A DNA stretch of 64,000 bases from Cyanidioschyzon merolae. Taxonomy: Eukaryota. The stretch is taken from assembly GCA_000091205.1 (NCBI GenBank), contig AP006496.2; one strand, given 5' to 3'. A program made the position numbers and the translations under genes. This document shows, piece by piece, positions 10,706 to 21,609 of the stretch; the stretch's first letter is position 1, and every line of letters starts with the position of its first letter. Below the pieces are notes generated by a model. The model saw only the letters and a list, made by a program, of their open reading frames with translations. It searched no databases and was not told the origin of the DNA.

Positions 10706-12529
10706 CTACCGCCACATCCATGTGTCGATGCCGGCGTCCAGTGGAGGTGCCCACTGGTCAAAGTCCATGGCGGGTACCATACTCGGCCAGTAGCCGGCGT
10801 GGTGGACAGATCCTCGTCGCGACCAGAGCGGCTCCGAGTCGGAATTCGTCGGACTCCATAACAAGCGCTCCGGCTGACGACGACTATACCCGCAGTCGTG
10901 AAGGAGGATGTCTTCCAGCTCCGAAGCCATCAGCGTTGGGCGCAGCGTGTACGACACGCTCGTAGCGTACTCGTACTCCAGCCAGTCGACCTCGGCGAAG
11001 AGGTGCCACGGGTCCGCGTCAAGCGATCCCGACAGCGACGCAGCCGGACGCGTTTCGCCAAGCGCTGTTGAGCCGTGAAACGCACCCAGACCGACCTCGT
11101 GAGCGCCACGCATGCGCCAAAGCGCGCCCACATGCGGCAGACACCGACAAACGTAACATGCTTCGGCCCCGAGAACGGATCCGTCTCGGATTCGCCGCAA
11201 GACGTCGGGAAGCGGCAGCTTCGGCTCGCCCAGTTGCTGTCGTGCCAGCTGGACGTGGGCGCTAGCCTCGAGAGCAGCCTCTTCGTGGGTAGCGAGCCGC
11301 GTACGTCTCACGTCCGTAAGACGTGCAAGGTCAAGAAAGCAATTAAACAGCACGACAGGTACGCCGACCGCTCGACAAGCATCCACAATGCGCAGCACGG
11401 ACCCCAGATGCCTCGACGCAACCGCATTTGTAATGACAACCACATCCGGCAGTGCTGCAAGCAAGTCGTCGCCGTAATCTCCGTCGAATGCCTGCGCGAC
11501 ATGGGTGCATCCTGCATCGGCTAAGAGCGCGTTTCGCACAGCAAATAGCGTCCGTAGTCGGCAACGTCGATCACGAGGCACCAGCATCCAGGGGCTGGTA
11601 CTCCCGGCCGCCACCGCTGCCTCTGGATGCGTATCCAACGCAGTAAGTCCAAGGAGGTTGCGTTCCGGGTCTGCAGCCGCGTCGGCAATACCAATCACAT
11701 CCAGAAAGGATGCATCGTCGGCGGTATGGCTCGCCTCCAGCACGTTGCGGGCCGAGTCGAACACAGCGCGCATGAGGCAACGTGCTATTTCCTCATTGGG
11801 ATCTATGTCTTCGTAATAGGTTAGCAACTTGGGCGCTGAGCCCCGAAGCGAGTCGGCATCACGTGTGCCGGGCGAGTCCGCTGCAACACCGTGACGAGCT
11901 TGTGTCCCTCGCCACCGCCGCAGGGGCATGAGCGCTCCACCCCCAAGCTGCCGAGCTGTGGCGTCCAGAGGCGCCACACAAACACACACCCGCGCTCCGC
12001 GTTGCTGCGTGAACACTTCCACATAGTCATGAAAGAGATCACGAGAGTAGCGACGCAGTTCGTTTGCCGGGACGGCATGGTACCACTTGTCTTTGGTGCG
12101 CCCCATGGGCAGCTCTATGGACCAGACCCCCCAGTCGGGGACCTTGCGCAAGACGTGCAGCGTCGCATACTGCGCCTGCAGGATAGAGAACTCCACGGTC
12201 TGGGGCAGGCACGGCGGCAGTGAACTGGTATCCGCGTACACTGTGCGTAGGGACTCCGTGAGCGCTTCAAAGTTGCATGTCGCATCTGGTACAGCAGACC
12301 ACGACGCGATGCGCTCAAGTCGCTGGCGCTGCGCTTTCGTTATCGCTGGTTCCGAGTTCACACCGACGAGCAGTGCGCGCTGTGTCCCTAGTCGTTTCCG
12401 CAAGCTTGAGCGGCAACCTCGCGACACCAAAGGCACAACGAAACAGCGCTGTGAGCGAGCGCTGCTGCTGGGAAAGCCTGCCACAAACGCGCTTTTTCGC
12501 TCACAAGCACTGCAGTGAAGCCTCCGCAT
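10706..12529 (-). CDS. Hypothetical protein, 607 aa, no confident domain assignment
   Basis: Long ORF with balanced composition. The central block DVVVITNAVASRHLGSVLRIVDACRAVGVPVVLFNCFLD looks like a folded domain, but I cannot name it. Confidence 0.45.
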   Translation of the reverse strand: MRRLHCSACERKSAFVAGFPSSSARSQRCFVVPLVSRGCRSSLRKRLGTQRALLVGVNSEPAITKAQRQRLERIASWSAVPDATCNFEALTESLRTVYADTSSLPPCLPQTVEFSILQAQYATLHVLRKVPDWGVWSIELPMGRTKDKWYHAVPANELRRYSRDLFHDYVEVFTQQRGARVCVCVAPLDATARQLGGGALMPLRRWRGTQARHGVAADSPGTRDADSLRGSAPKLLTYYEDIDPNEEIARCLMRAVFDSARNVLEASHTADDASFLDVIGIADAAADPERNLLGLTALDTHPEAAVAAGSTSPWMLVPRDRRCRLRTLFAVRNALLADAGCTHVAQAFDGDYGDDLLAALPDVVVITNAVASRHLGSVLRIVDACRAVGVPVVLFNCFLDLARLTDVRRTRLATHEEAALEASAHVQLARQQLGEPKLPLPDVLRRIRDGSVLGAEACYVCRCLPHVGALWRMRGAHEVGLGAFHGSTALGETRPAASLSGSLDADPWHLFAEVDWLEYEYATSVSYTLRPTLMASELEDILLHDCGYSRRQPERLLWSPTNSDSEPLWSRRGSVHHAGYWPSMVPAMDFDQWAPPLDAGIDTWMWR

Positions 12530-12770
12530 GGAACCTGTGCGGGTAGGTTACCACCAGCACCAGCACCAGCACCAGCACCACTACCAGAGACGCTGTGTGG
12601 CAGCGTGAGCGCTTTTCAGGTGTCGCCCCTCCCGCTACGTCACCTGTCGACGGAGCTGGTGGCGTTTGGGGCCCGCCTGCCGCAGTGCAGCGCTCGCGCA
12701 GGATTCTCGACGCATCGCGGCAGCATCAGGGCAGCGATATACCTCACGGAGCACTGAAAAACACACACAC

Positions 12771-12865
12771 ACACAAAAAAAGTAAGAAAAGAAAAATGCG
12801 CATAATCGGAGAACGCTTGCCTAGGTAAACGTTTTGTCAATGAAAAAAATCAGGGCATCGTTGAG
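12771..12865. repeat. Dispersed conserved element of about 95 bp, copy A, immediately 5' of the 93-bp array
   Basis: See copy B at 41195-41300. The two copies are about 85% identical over roughly 90 bp. Confidence 0.7.
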
Positions 12866-12876
12866 CCGTTGTTGAT

Positions 12877-13695
12877 GCACCAGATTCCCCGATTCTCACC
12901 CGAGACGCATGGAGTTGCACTTGGTATCGGCAATTCGGGAAGCAATGCTCTCAATGAGCCGGTGTTGGTGCACCAGATTCCCCGATTCTCACCCGAGACG
13001 CATGGAGTTGCACTTGGTATCGGCAATTCGGGAAGCAATGCTCTCAATGAGCCGGTGTTGGTGCACCAGATTCCCCGATTCTCACCCGAGACGCATGGAG
13101 TTGCACTTGGTATCGGCAATTCGGGAAGCAATGCTCTCAATGAGCCGGTGTTGGTGCACCAGATTCCCCGATTCTCACCCGAGACGCATGGAGTTGCACT
13201 TGGTATCGGCAATTCGGGAAGCAATGCTCTCAATGAGCCGGTGTTGGTGCACCAGATTCCCCGATTCTCACCCGAGACGAATGGAGTTGCACTTGGTATC
13301 GGCAATTCGGGAAGCAATGCTCTCAATGAGCCGGTGTTGGTGCACCAGATTCCCCGATTCTCACCCGAGACGCATGGAGTTGCACTTGGTATCGGCAATT
13401 CGGGAAGCAATGCTCTCAATGAGCCGGTGTTGGTGCACCAGATTCCCCGATTCTCACCCGAGACGAATGGAGTTGCACTTGGTATCGGCAATTCGGGAAG
13501 CAATGCTCTCAATGAGCCGGTGTTGGTGCACCAGATTCCCCGATTCTCACCCGAGACGCATGGAGTTGCACTTGGTATCGGCAATTCGGGAAGCAATGCT
13601 CTCAATGAGCCGGTGTTGGTGCACCAGATTCCCCGATTCTCACCCGAGACGAATGGAGTTGCACTTGGTATCGGCAATTCGGGAAGCAATGCTCT
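12877..13695. repeat. 93-bp tandem array, 8.8 near-perfect copies
   Basis: Unit gcaccagattccccgattctcacccgagacgcatggagttgcacttggtatcggcaattcgggaagcaatgctctcaatgagccggtgttggt starts at 12877, 12970, ... 13621. The only variation is an alternating C/A (gacgCatgg or gacgAatgg). All three + frames and one - frame are open, which produces the ORFs 12869..13819, 12909..13724 and 12850..13767. Confidence 0.95.
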
Positions 13696-14136
13696 CGCGT
13701 ATGACACGCTCCAGGTTCCACTAGGAACACACGTCATACGCGGCTTTCGGCATGATGTTTCGTTCACGAGGTTCTCCTGGTGCCTTCCCTACCTCGAGAA
13801 CGCTATCTGCGGCCTCTGAAGCGTCGCTGCGGACGTCGTAGGAAGAGGATACGGCTTTTTTTCAAACCTGTGCGGGCACCAGCACGAGAAACCTCTGGTC
13901 CTCAACGCGGAGACTGGTCAGACAACTGTTCGACGTCCTGGCGTCTGCATGGGGCGCAGAGGCCTCTGCCGCGAGTGCCGTCGGCACCCAAGTATACGAA
14001 GAACCCAGCTCCACGTATCGATCCTGTACCATAAACAAAATCGGCATGAGGGTTGCGCTTGCCGAGCGCTGCACGTCAGCGATAGGCCCGCAGTCGCCTG
14101 ATCCTGTCGGTGTATCGGCAAGCGAGGTTCTAGCAC

Positions 14137-14168
14137 CAGCAACAGCAGCAGCAGCAGCAGCAGCAGCA
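14137..14168. repeat. (GCA)n microsatellite
   Basis: gcaacagcagcagcagcagcagcagcagca. Confidence 0.9.
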
Positions 14169-15135
14169 TCTGGACCCCAGTGCGTAGACCGCTGGCTACG
14201 ACGCAACCTTTATCGGCGATGGTGCTTGCACGTACGCTGAGCGAGACGTGCCCGCAGCGGTGAGCGTCTAGGTGCAGCGCAGGGACACAAAGTTGCGGCC
14301 GCTTGCTCGATGCTGGCTCAGCGTCGTCGTGTATCGGCTCGTTTCGAACCGGGTTACATGGTATCTGGAATCATGGTGCTTAGCATTCTTTACTCGTTTT
14401 CGCTTCTCAGTGCCATTGAGCAACGCAGTGAGGTTGATCGACCTTGTGCGGACGCGCGCCCTTGCCGTTCTCTGTCCCGCGTTTCGACGTGCTATTTCGA
14501 GGCAGTTTCCCGCAGCCAGTGATCACGGAACCCAGGTGCGCGAACAGGGGGCCCAAGTCGAGCGCTGGCGACCGGGTTCCCGCTCATCACGATGTCAGCG
14601 AGTGCGCTCGAAATGGATCATGTGCCTGCAGAGGGCGTCTGAGCCCAGTCTAGTGGTACCGCCTGTAGCCAGTGAACTGCGAACATCGGAACTCGGGGCC
14701 ATTGCGGTAGTCAACCATGGCATTCTACGATCGAACAATTGTGAGTCTGCGGCTAGACGCTCGTCGCCCGACGACACACATCACCAATGCGCTTGCCCGT
14801 AACTGCTCCAGCAAGGTACAGCAGCCGTGCATCCTTGCCCATTCACCGGACGCAAAGGACTTGCTCCCATCGACGAAAGTTCGTTTGTGGAGCATCCAGC
14901 AGGCGCAACGAAGGCGACACGATCCGCAGGCTCGTGAGCACAGGCGGCGGGATGTCCGCTCCATGACCACGTTCCTCAACACCAAAGCATCACACGCATG
15001 ATACCAATCGTTGTAAAGAATCCATGTCTCTCGTGCACGCTCTTCGGACGACCACACGAGCTTCGCCAAACGTCAACAGCAGACTTGAACCCAAAACCGC
15101 ACCAACGGAACGCCGTGCAGCTGCCGTGCGAACCT

Positions 15136-15684
15136 TTAGCGACCGCCGGCCAAGTCACGTCGGCGCGATAGCGCCGTATCGCCACGGCGAACGCGAATGT
15201 TCAGAGCCTTGACCAGCCGGTCGAAACGCTCCAGATCCTGAGACTGCAGATACCGGAGCAAACGCCGCCGCCGTGAGTTCAGCAACTGAAGCCCTCGCGT
15301 CGAAGACAAGTCTTTCGGGTGCTCTTTCAGGTGCTCCGTGATAATGTTAACACGTTCTGTAAGCGCCGCAATTTGGTACTCCGGGGACCCCGTGTCCCGC
15401 TCGTGCACTCGGAACCGCGCGCTGGCCGCCCGCACCCGCTGGAGGTTCAGCCACGTCTTATTGCCGCCTCCTTCGGGAAGATCAGAACCATCCATGGGCA
15501 GCAGGCTCTCCGTAGTGCGCTCGGACTTGCCGAGGAAAAAGTCGAAAGTATCTTCTCCGGTCTGGAGACGCAACCCGGCCAGCGCACAGACTCGAGCACG
15601 CCGTGTTGCGCACTGCGGCGACGTCACACGCTTCGACCCCAACACAGAAAACGCACTGCACGTGCTCGGTAGTATGAACGCCAT
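15136..15684 (-). CDS. Bacterial-type ribosomal protein bS15, nuclear-encoded organellar form with an N-terminal presequence
   Basis: The C-terminal 90 aa (TGSPEYQIAALTERVNIITEHLKEHPKDLSSTRGLQLLNSRRRRLLRYLQSQDLERFDRLVKALNIRV) match the bS15 signature TGSxExQIAxLTxRIxxLTEHLKxHKKDxxSRRGLLxxVxxRRRLLxYL. About 85 aa of N-terminal extension (MAFILPSTCSAFSVLGSKR...) is consistent with a transit peptide. Confidence 0.8.
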   Translation of the reverse strand: MAFILPSTCSAFSVLGSKRVTSPQCATRRARVCALAGLRLQTGEDTFDFFLGKSERTTESLLPMDGSDLPEGGGNKTWLNLQRVRAASARFRVHERDTGSPEYQIAALTERVNIITEHLKEHPKDLSSTRGLQLLNSRRRRLLRYLQSQDLERFDRLVKALNIRVRRGDTALSRRRDLAGGR

Positions 15685-15864
15685 TTCGATTACAAAGCTA
15701 TCAGAGAAGTAATAGACGATCTAAACGCGCAGTTCGCTCCTACACAAGTTGCAGCACGGTCCACTGCGACTTGTGTGTGTTCCAACAAAGCCAAGTGCCC
15801 TGTGTGACTTTTCAAGGCGACGCTTCGAGCGTGCGCGTGCGCCGAGGGCAGCGATCACCGCGCC

Positions 15865-15890
15865 GCTGCTGCTGCTGCTGCTGCTGCTCT
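15865..15890. repeat. (GCT)n microsatellite
   Basis: gctgctgctgctgctgctgctgct. Confidence 0.9.
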
Positions 15891-17123
15891 CGCCAAGATC
15901 CGAGAAGCGCAATGTCGAGCGCAGCGCATGCACGCACGCACGACGATGCGCGGTGGTAGATCGTGTATATTTATGAACCAAACGGTACAGTAAGCTTCGT
16001 GCGCACGAAGGTGCATCAGTGCCTTCTGACACACCCTATACATTTACGTACAATGAAGTACAGGAGCTTCGTTGGTATGCACGCGTACCCGTGCCGCGCC
16101 AGCCCGCCCGTCCGCCGGTGCTGTACCTGTACCAGAATCGAGTGGAAACAGATGCAACGGACAAACTCGGACGTGCACTCTGAATGTTGCGTTTCTTCGC
16201 ATGCTCATCGACACTGGCTTTTATGGGCAATATTTGTGACTGCAGCTTTTCCTCTATCTTATTCGGAGCCTCAAATACGCAGGTCTCTTCTCTGTATCCA
16301 GTTCCGAGGCCAAAAGTCGAAGGATGTAGACAGCAGTCTCGAAATCTCGAGTCCTGTGCTTGCGCGTGTTGTTCACGCGCTACATGCGCAGGTGAACATT
16401 GCGATCTAGGTTCGATTGCAATTTTCATTTTGTCTGTATAGAGTCTCGGTGCGCTCTTCGCAGCGCTGATGCTTGGCTTTGGCCATAGATTCCCACATGT
16501 CCAACTGATATATTCCCCAGAGGGCAACTTCATGGCCCCAGAAGGCTTGCTTCGTCGCTCGATACGTATCCTTGGCAGGTACACAAGGCTCGCTTCGATG
16601 CCCTGCCCTGTTTAAGAGCTTGTCCCAGTATCGACAACCGGGAATCCTGAACCTCCGTATATCTCCGCAAGCGCTTATCACTGCGTATGGAACATCAAGG
16701 CTGTGTATCTAAGAAGGGTTCGGAAATACCTGGAAAATCAGGGACAGGACGAAGATTTCCGTGCCCTAATTTCATCTGACGCGGGTGCAGGCATAGACGC
16801 TTACGAAATGCATGTATCGTGAAGCATCCACGAACTGCTTCTTCGTACTCCACAGAGCCGGAAGGCGTTTCACGTCACAGGCGACGCGGCGCACGCTGCG
16901 GCTTCGTGATCGCTGGTAGCCCGCGTGCCGTACGTGTACAACGACAGCAATACCAACAACGCTTTCTGGGAAGTATTCGCAAACGCTTCGTGACTTGAGA
17001 GCGCGACAGCGAGCACAGTGTTGGTAAACCAGTGCAGTGAACCAGAGTGGCCAACGCGACCTCTTTTTTACTCGGGATATGGTAGAGCGACAGTAACAGC
17101 GTTGGTCGTGCTCTGGGCGTCGT

Positions 17124-18794
17124 GTGTTTGGAGGAGGGCTCTTTCCGCGAACGTCTAACGACAAGGGGGTCGCGAGCTTCTCGGCTGCGAACATCTCGCT
17201 GGTGCTCGCGACACATCTTTCGCGAGACGAGCGCTCTATCGACGTTCCTGAAGTGCACGGGCAGCGAGAGCTCAAATTCATGTTTGAGGTGAGGCAGCAG
17301 ACGCGTCCGCTGACGCGCTTTACGGGCAAGCCCCCGGAGTCGCGAATGCCTTGGGACGTACGTTTTAGACTCTGGCGCCGGTCAACTGAGTTCTGGTGGC
17401 GTGCCGGTTCCATATACTGTTCTTACAAGTGGTCTCAGTTTTTCATTGGTGCTCTCGGGCGCTTGGGAGCGCTGAATCGTGACGCGGCCTGGTCCTCACA
17501 ACACGAACGAGCATCGAAAGCAATGTACAACATGTGCAGCGAAATGCGTGGTTTCCTGATCAAAGCTGGACAGTTCCTGGCAACACGAGCCGACTTTTTG
17601 CCCGAACCGTTTATTCGGCGATTATCCAAGCTACACGACGATGTGGAGCCGATCACCGCAGCTGCTGCGCAGCGAGTCGTTGCGAGCGAGCTCGGTATTC
17701 AGCACTTGGACGACATATTCGAGTGCTTCGAGTCGGATCCGCTTGGTGCGGCATCGATATCGCAAGTGCACCGTGCAAAGCTGCGAAAGAGCATTGCCAG
17801 CGCGGCGCTCGGGAAGCGTCATCGCGACACCTGGGTCGCCGTCAAAGTCCAATACCCGGACGCTGAAAACATGATGCTGAACGACCTCGCATCGCTGCTC
17901 ATTCTGGCGCGGTTCCTGCAGCGCTACGAACTAAAGTTCGACTTGGAGTCTCCAGTTTTGGAACTGCAAAGTCAGATCCGCCAAGAGTTCGATTTCATTC
18001 GCGAGGCAGCGAACACGGAGCGCATCCGCTCACTTGTGCTTGGAAGCCGCAAACTGCGAGCCCGCATCCAGGTGCCGCGGATTTATCATGCGACGAAGCG
18101 CCTCATCATCATGGAGTACTTGGATGGAGTGCCGATCCCGCAGCTGGAGGAGGAACTACGACGCCGACGTGTCCGAATACCCGCCCGACTGGAGCGAATG
18201 CTGGAACGGAACCTGATGGATTCGATTGCGCTCGTGTATGGCAAGATGCTTCTCGGGAAGGGTTTCTTCCAGGCGGATCCCCATCCGGGAAATATGCTCG
18301 TCCTCCAGAGGAATTGGAGCGGAAATCGATCTTTTTTTAAGGGTACACTGGCTTATCTCGGCCTCGTTGAGCCGACAATCCAGCTAGGCCTCTTGGATTT
18401 TGGCCAGTGCAAGCAGCTGACTCCAGAGCGACTGCGTCAGCTGCGCGCGCTCATGCGGGCGATGTACAGAGGGCACCACGTTGCAGCCGCTTTTTTCGAT
18501 CTGGGTATCGCACTGGAGCGGGAGCCCGAATTCTACGACCCGAATGACGTTGCCATTCTAGCGTATTCTATGTTTGATACGCGGCCGCTGCCTGCGGGCC
18601 GGAGCATTTCGCCGTTCGATCCGAACTGCCCGCTGAAGCAGACGCCTGTGCGGCATCTTCCCGGTGATTTATTCTTCGTACTGCGCACGATTCAGATCCT
18701 GCGCGGTCTCCAGAGCCGCATGCAGAGCCGGCAGTGTCTGAACACTTCGCTGGCAAAGGAATGGTGCGGTCGCTGGGGCCTTTGCGCGGACTAG
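17124..18794 (+). CDS. ABC1/UbiB-family atypical kinase (ADCK-like)
   Basis: ABC1 motifs are present: LIKAGQFLATRADFLPEPFIRRLSKLHDDVEP, ISQVHRAKL, WVAVKVQYPD, QEFDFIREAANTERI, LIIMEYLDG and FFQADPHPGNMLV. Confidence 0.85.
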   Translation: MFGGGLFPRTSNDKGVASFSAANISLVLATHLSRDERSIDVPEVHGQRELKFMFEVRQQTRPLTRFTGKPPESRMPWDVRFRLWRRSTEFWWRAGSIYCSYKWSQFFIGALGRLGALNRDAAWSSQHERASKAMYNMCSEMRGFLIKAGQFLATRADFLPEPFIRRLSKLHDDVEPITAAAAQRVVASELGIQHLDDIFECFESDPLGAASISQVHRAKLRKSIASAALGKRHRDTWVAVKVQYPDAENMMLNDLASLLILARFLQRYELKFDLESPVLELQSQIRQEFDFIREAANTERIRSLVLGSRKLRARIQVPRIYHATKRLIIMEYLDGVPIPQLEEELRRRRVRIPARLERMLERNLMDSIALVYGKMLLGKGFFQADPHPGNMLVLQRNWSGNRSFFKGTLAYLGLVEPTIQLGLLDFGQCKQLTPERLRQLRALMRAMYRGHHVAAAFFDLGIALEREPEFYDPNDVAILAYSMFDTRPLPAGRSISPFDPNCPLKQTPVRHLPGDLFFVLRTIQILRGLQSRMQSRQCLNTSLAKEWCGRWGLCAD

Positions 18795-20276
18795 CAGCCG
18801 TGCTGCGCCACCTCTGTGGCCGAGGTATTTCGACTGGCAGCAATTTGCACTTTTGTAGCGATACCAGAGCAAGCGCGGAAGCCACAGTAGCGTCGAGGAA
18901 CTGAGCGACAATCTAGGACGTGGCGTGTGGAGCACCTTGGCCGGCATCGAGCGTGTCAGTTGCCCGGATTCAGCAAGCCGCTATGAAAACAATCGTAAAT
19001 TGCTCCTCTTATGGTCATGACTAGAGGCATTGGAGGATGCATGGAAGCATTCGGAAAACTGGAAAGACGTTCAGACTTGCGAACTGCGTCAGGGTTGGCG
19101 GCGAGCTTGTGGTGTTCGTCTGGAGCGCGACCCCAAACGTATCCCACAAGGCATGAACCTTGTCGCCGCGGACGCTCGGGAGGCACGATATCGGCGCCGG
19201 CTCGAGCAGGCCATCCGTTGGGGCGTGGAGCATCCGCACCTCGTCCAGCTCCGGCTGACGCGCGTGCATACACCTCGAACCGTGCCGTCTCAGCCCGCTC
19301 ATGAGGATCACGTGGTGGTGCGGCACGCCGTGGAACACCTGTCGCTGGAGGAGGCTCTGTGCAGTACCACGAGCTTCAACGTCTTGTCGCAGCGGTGAAC
19401 TTTCCTGTGTGGTAAACCCGAACAAAGCCTATTCGGATTTCGATTGCAGAAACGAGCATATTACGGGAGCAATCGCCAGGATCACTCAGGACTCGGATGG
19501 TACGCCGGCGCTCGCGTCTAGGCGTCTTCGAGCTGACCCACACAACGGCGCTTCGCAGCTGTTCTGTCTTTGGCCGGCGACCACGGCAGCGACGCATCCA
19601 GCATAGCAGGGAGCGTCTGAAGCAGACGCGGCATCCGGAGCGTCTCTGTATCAATCTATCCTCAATGCACGACGAAAGGATTGATCCGGGAGTAGTGCAA
19701 CTCAGAAGCATCCAGACACGAGGTGTCGCCTCTTTTCGAGTGCCCTGCACCAACCGCGCATCCAGCGGACGCTAACTCGATGCATCGATCGGACGCTATT
19801 CGAGAACACCATTGTCTCCGCGCCGAAGTAGTACGTTCCCTCCTCTCCCAGCGCACTGCGTGATCAGAGCGACGTTCTTTTATGTAGCCCTCTGTTCCCA
19901 GGTGTACCTTGCGACAAATGGGACGTTCTCCTATACACCTTTCCTTACGTCGGTGTATCGCACGACAAATGCAACGTTCTCGAATGTACCGCTAGGTTTC
20001 GAAGCACATTGTGTGACAATTGCTATGTTCTCCTACATACCCCTCCTTACTTTAGTATATCGCATGAAAATTGCGACGTTCTCCAAGATACCCCAATTTT
20101 CCTCAGTATACCGCGTGACAGGCGTTGCGGATGCGCCGTCCCCGGGAACGTGCCGCGCTGCCCGTCGAATTTGAAACGCCACAACGCCGCGGCTCCAACG
20201 GGTGTTCGCAACGCAACCGCTACTGTTCATCGTGTACGGATACTTTCTCCGGAAATAAGGACCTCCGAGAAGAGAC

Positions 20277-21311
20277 ATGTTGTACTGGGTTGGCGTCTTC
20301 CGGCCGTCAAGGTTTCTCGTCAGTGTCTGTGCCTTCATAGGACTTGTGGCAGCTATCCTGATCCATCTGGAAGTGCTCGCGTCTCCGCTGGAGGCAGTGA
20401 TCGTCGCTTTACTCCTCGGTTTCGGGGTGGTAACCTTCCGTGCGTTCTGGGATCACGTCACCGAGGATTGCTTCGAGCAAAACGGCCAAAATGAAAGCGT
20501 CGTCGAATTCATGTCGTTCTCGCATCTAGCGGTGTCCGTGGTGCTCAACGTCCTCTGCGTCGCGCTCGTCGCTGCCCGGGGCCGTGCCGACCACCACTGG
20601 GCCCAGGTTAGCACCATCGTATGCCTACTCTCAATGCTGTACATGGCCTGTGCGGGTGGTCACATCTATGACGCACTCGTGCATCATAACTATGAGCAAG
20701 AGAACGCAGCTGTCGAACTTGTCATCATCTACGACACGTGGTTCCCGTTAGCAATGAACCTGCTGCTTCTCGCTCGTTTGGCTGGCGCCCAGGCCTTTTT
20801 CTTGCAGCGAATCGTCTGGGAACCCTTCGCGTTCGCTGAAAGGGTGCTCGAATGGACTACACTTTTGACGCAAAGGCAGTTACAGTTTCAGCTGGGGCGT
20901 AATTTCTTCCTCCGGCTTCTGCAGCAATCCGCGCACGCATCCAGTCAACAGATCATGCGTGCGCTCGAAGTTGTCATGCGTGCTGCGCGCCAAGGCGACT
21001 TTCACCTCGCCCTCCATGTAGGGTGTATCGTTGCCGGGTTCCTGCTTACGTCCGTTTACATCGTGGCGGTGTTGCCGGTGCTTGCCCGCTGCCACGGCAA
21101 GTTCGCAGCAGCGTCCGCAGAGGAGGCACGGCTCGCTGGTGCTTTGAAGACGCCTGCTGGGGCGTTGACACCAGCCAAGGCGGCATCTACAGCGCGCACA
21201 CCAGCAACGACAACGACGGCGCGTAAGAGTCGTCCGCGAGTGCCGACTCCGATGACGCTGCGACGCAAGAACCTTCGTTCCCAGAGCGTGCGGCGAGGCC
21301 TCCAGTTCTAG
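20277..21311 (+). CDS. Predicted multipass membrane protein, about 6 hydrophobic helices, Ala/Thr/Arg-rich tail
   Basis: Hydrophobic segments include SVCAFIGLVAAILIHL, AVIVALLLGFGVVTF, LAVSVVLNVLCVALVAA, VCLLSMLYMACAGG, WFPLAMNLLLLARL and IVAGFLLTSVYIVAVLPVLA. No named family recognised. Confidence 0.4.
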   Translation: MLYWVGVFRPSRFLVSVCAFIGLVAAILIHLEVLASPLEAVIVALLLGFGVVTFRAFWDHVTEDCFEQNGQNESVVEFMSFSHLAVSVVLNVLCVALVAARGRADHHWAQVSTIVCLLSMLYMACAGGHIYDALVHHNYEQENAAVELVIIYDTWFPLAMNLLLLARLAGAQAFFLQRIVWEPFAFAERVLEWTTLLTQRQLQFQLGRNFFLRLLQQSAHASSQQIMRALEVVMRAARQGDFHLALHVGCIVAGFLLTSVYIVAVLPVLARCHGKFAAASAEEARLAGALKTPAGALTPAKAASTARTPATTTTARKSRPRVPTPMTLRRKNLRSQSVRRGLQF

Positions 21312-21609
21312 CTTGTCTGGCGAGCGTCGCCGCTTAAGTGCATCATGACATTGTGTCTATCAGGAATAGCGTAAACGCGGTATTCGATGGTGCCCTGTTC
21401 GGGTGAGCGCTCTCTGTCTATAAGATGCCGCGCACCTGGGGCGCGGTTGCGGTATATCTCTGCGCGTCTGCGTATCGCACGATGGCAGTATTTGCGATTC
21501 GCTGGAAGGCACCGGCGCACAGTGCAAATCGGCTGGAGCAGTCCTGCGTCCTCGTACCAATGAGCTGTTCATGTACACGGCAAGCAAGCGAGTCGTCAGG
21601 AGTGCCCAG

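Noticed and set aside
12850-13819. Three overlapping ORFs of 270-316 aa (12869..13819 +, 12909..13724 +, 12850..13767 -).
   Set aside because: All lie inside the perfect 93-bp tandem array, whose unit simply lacks stop codons in four frames. Multiple mutually exclusive frames cannot all be coding. They are treated as repeat artefacts.
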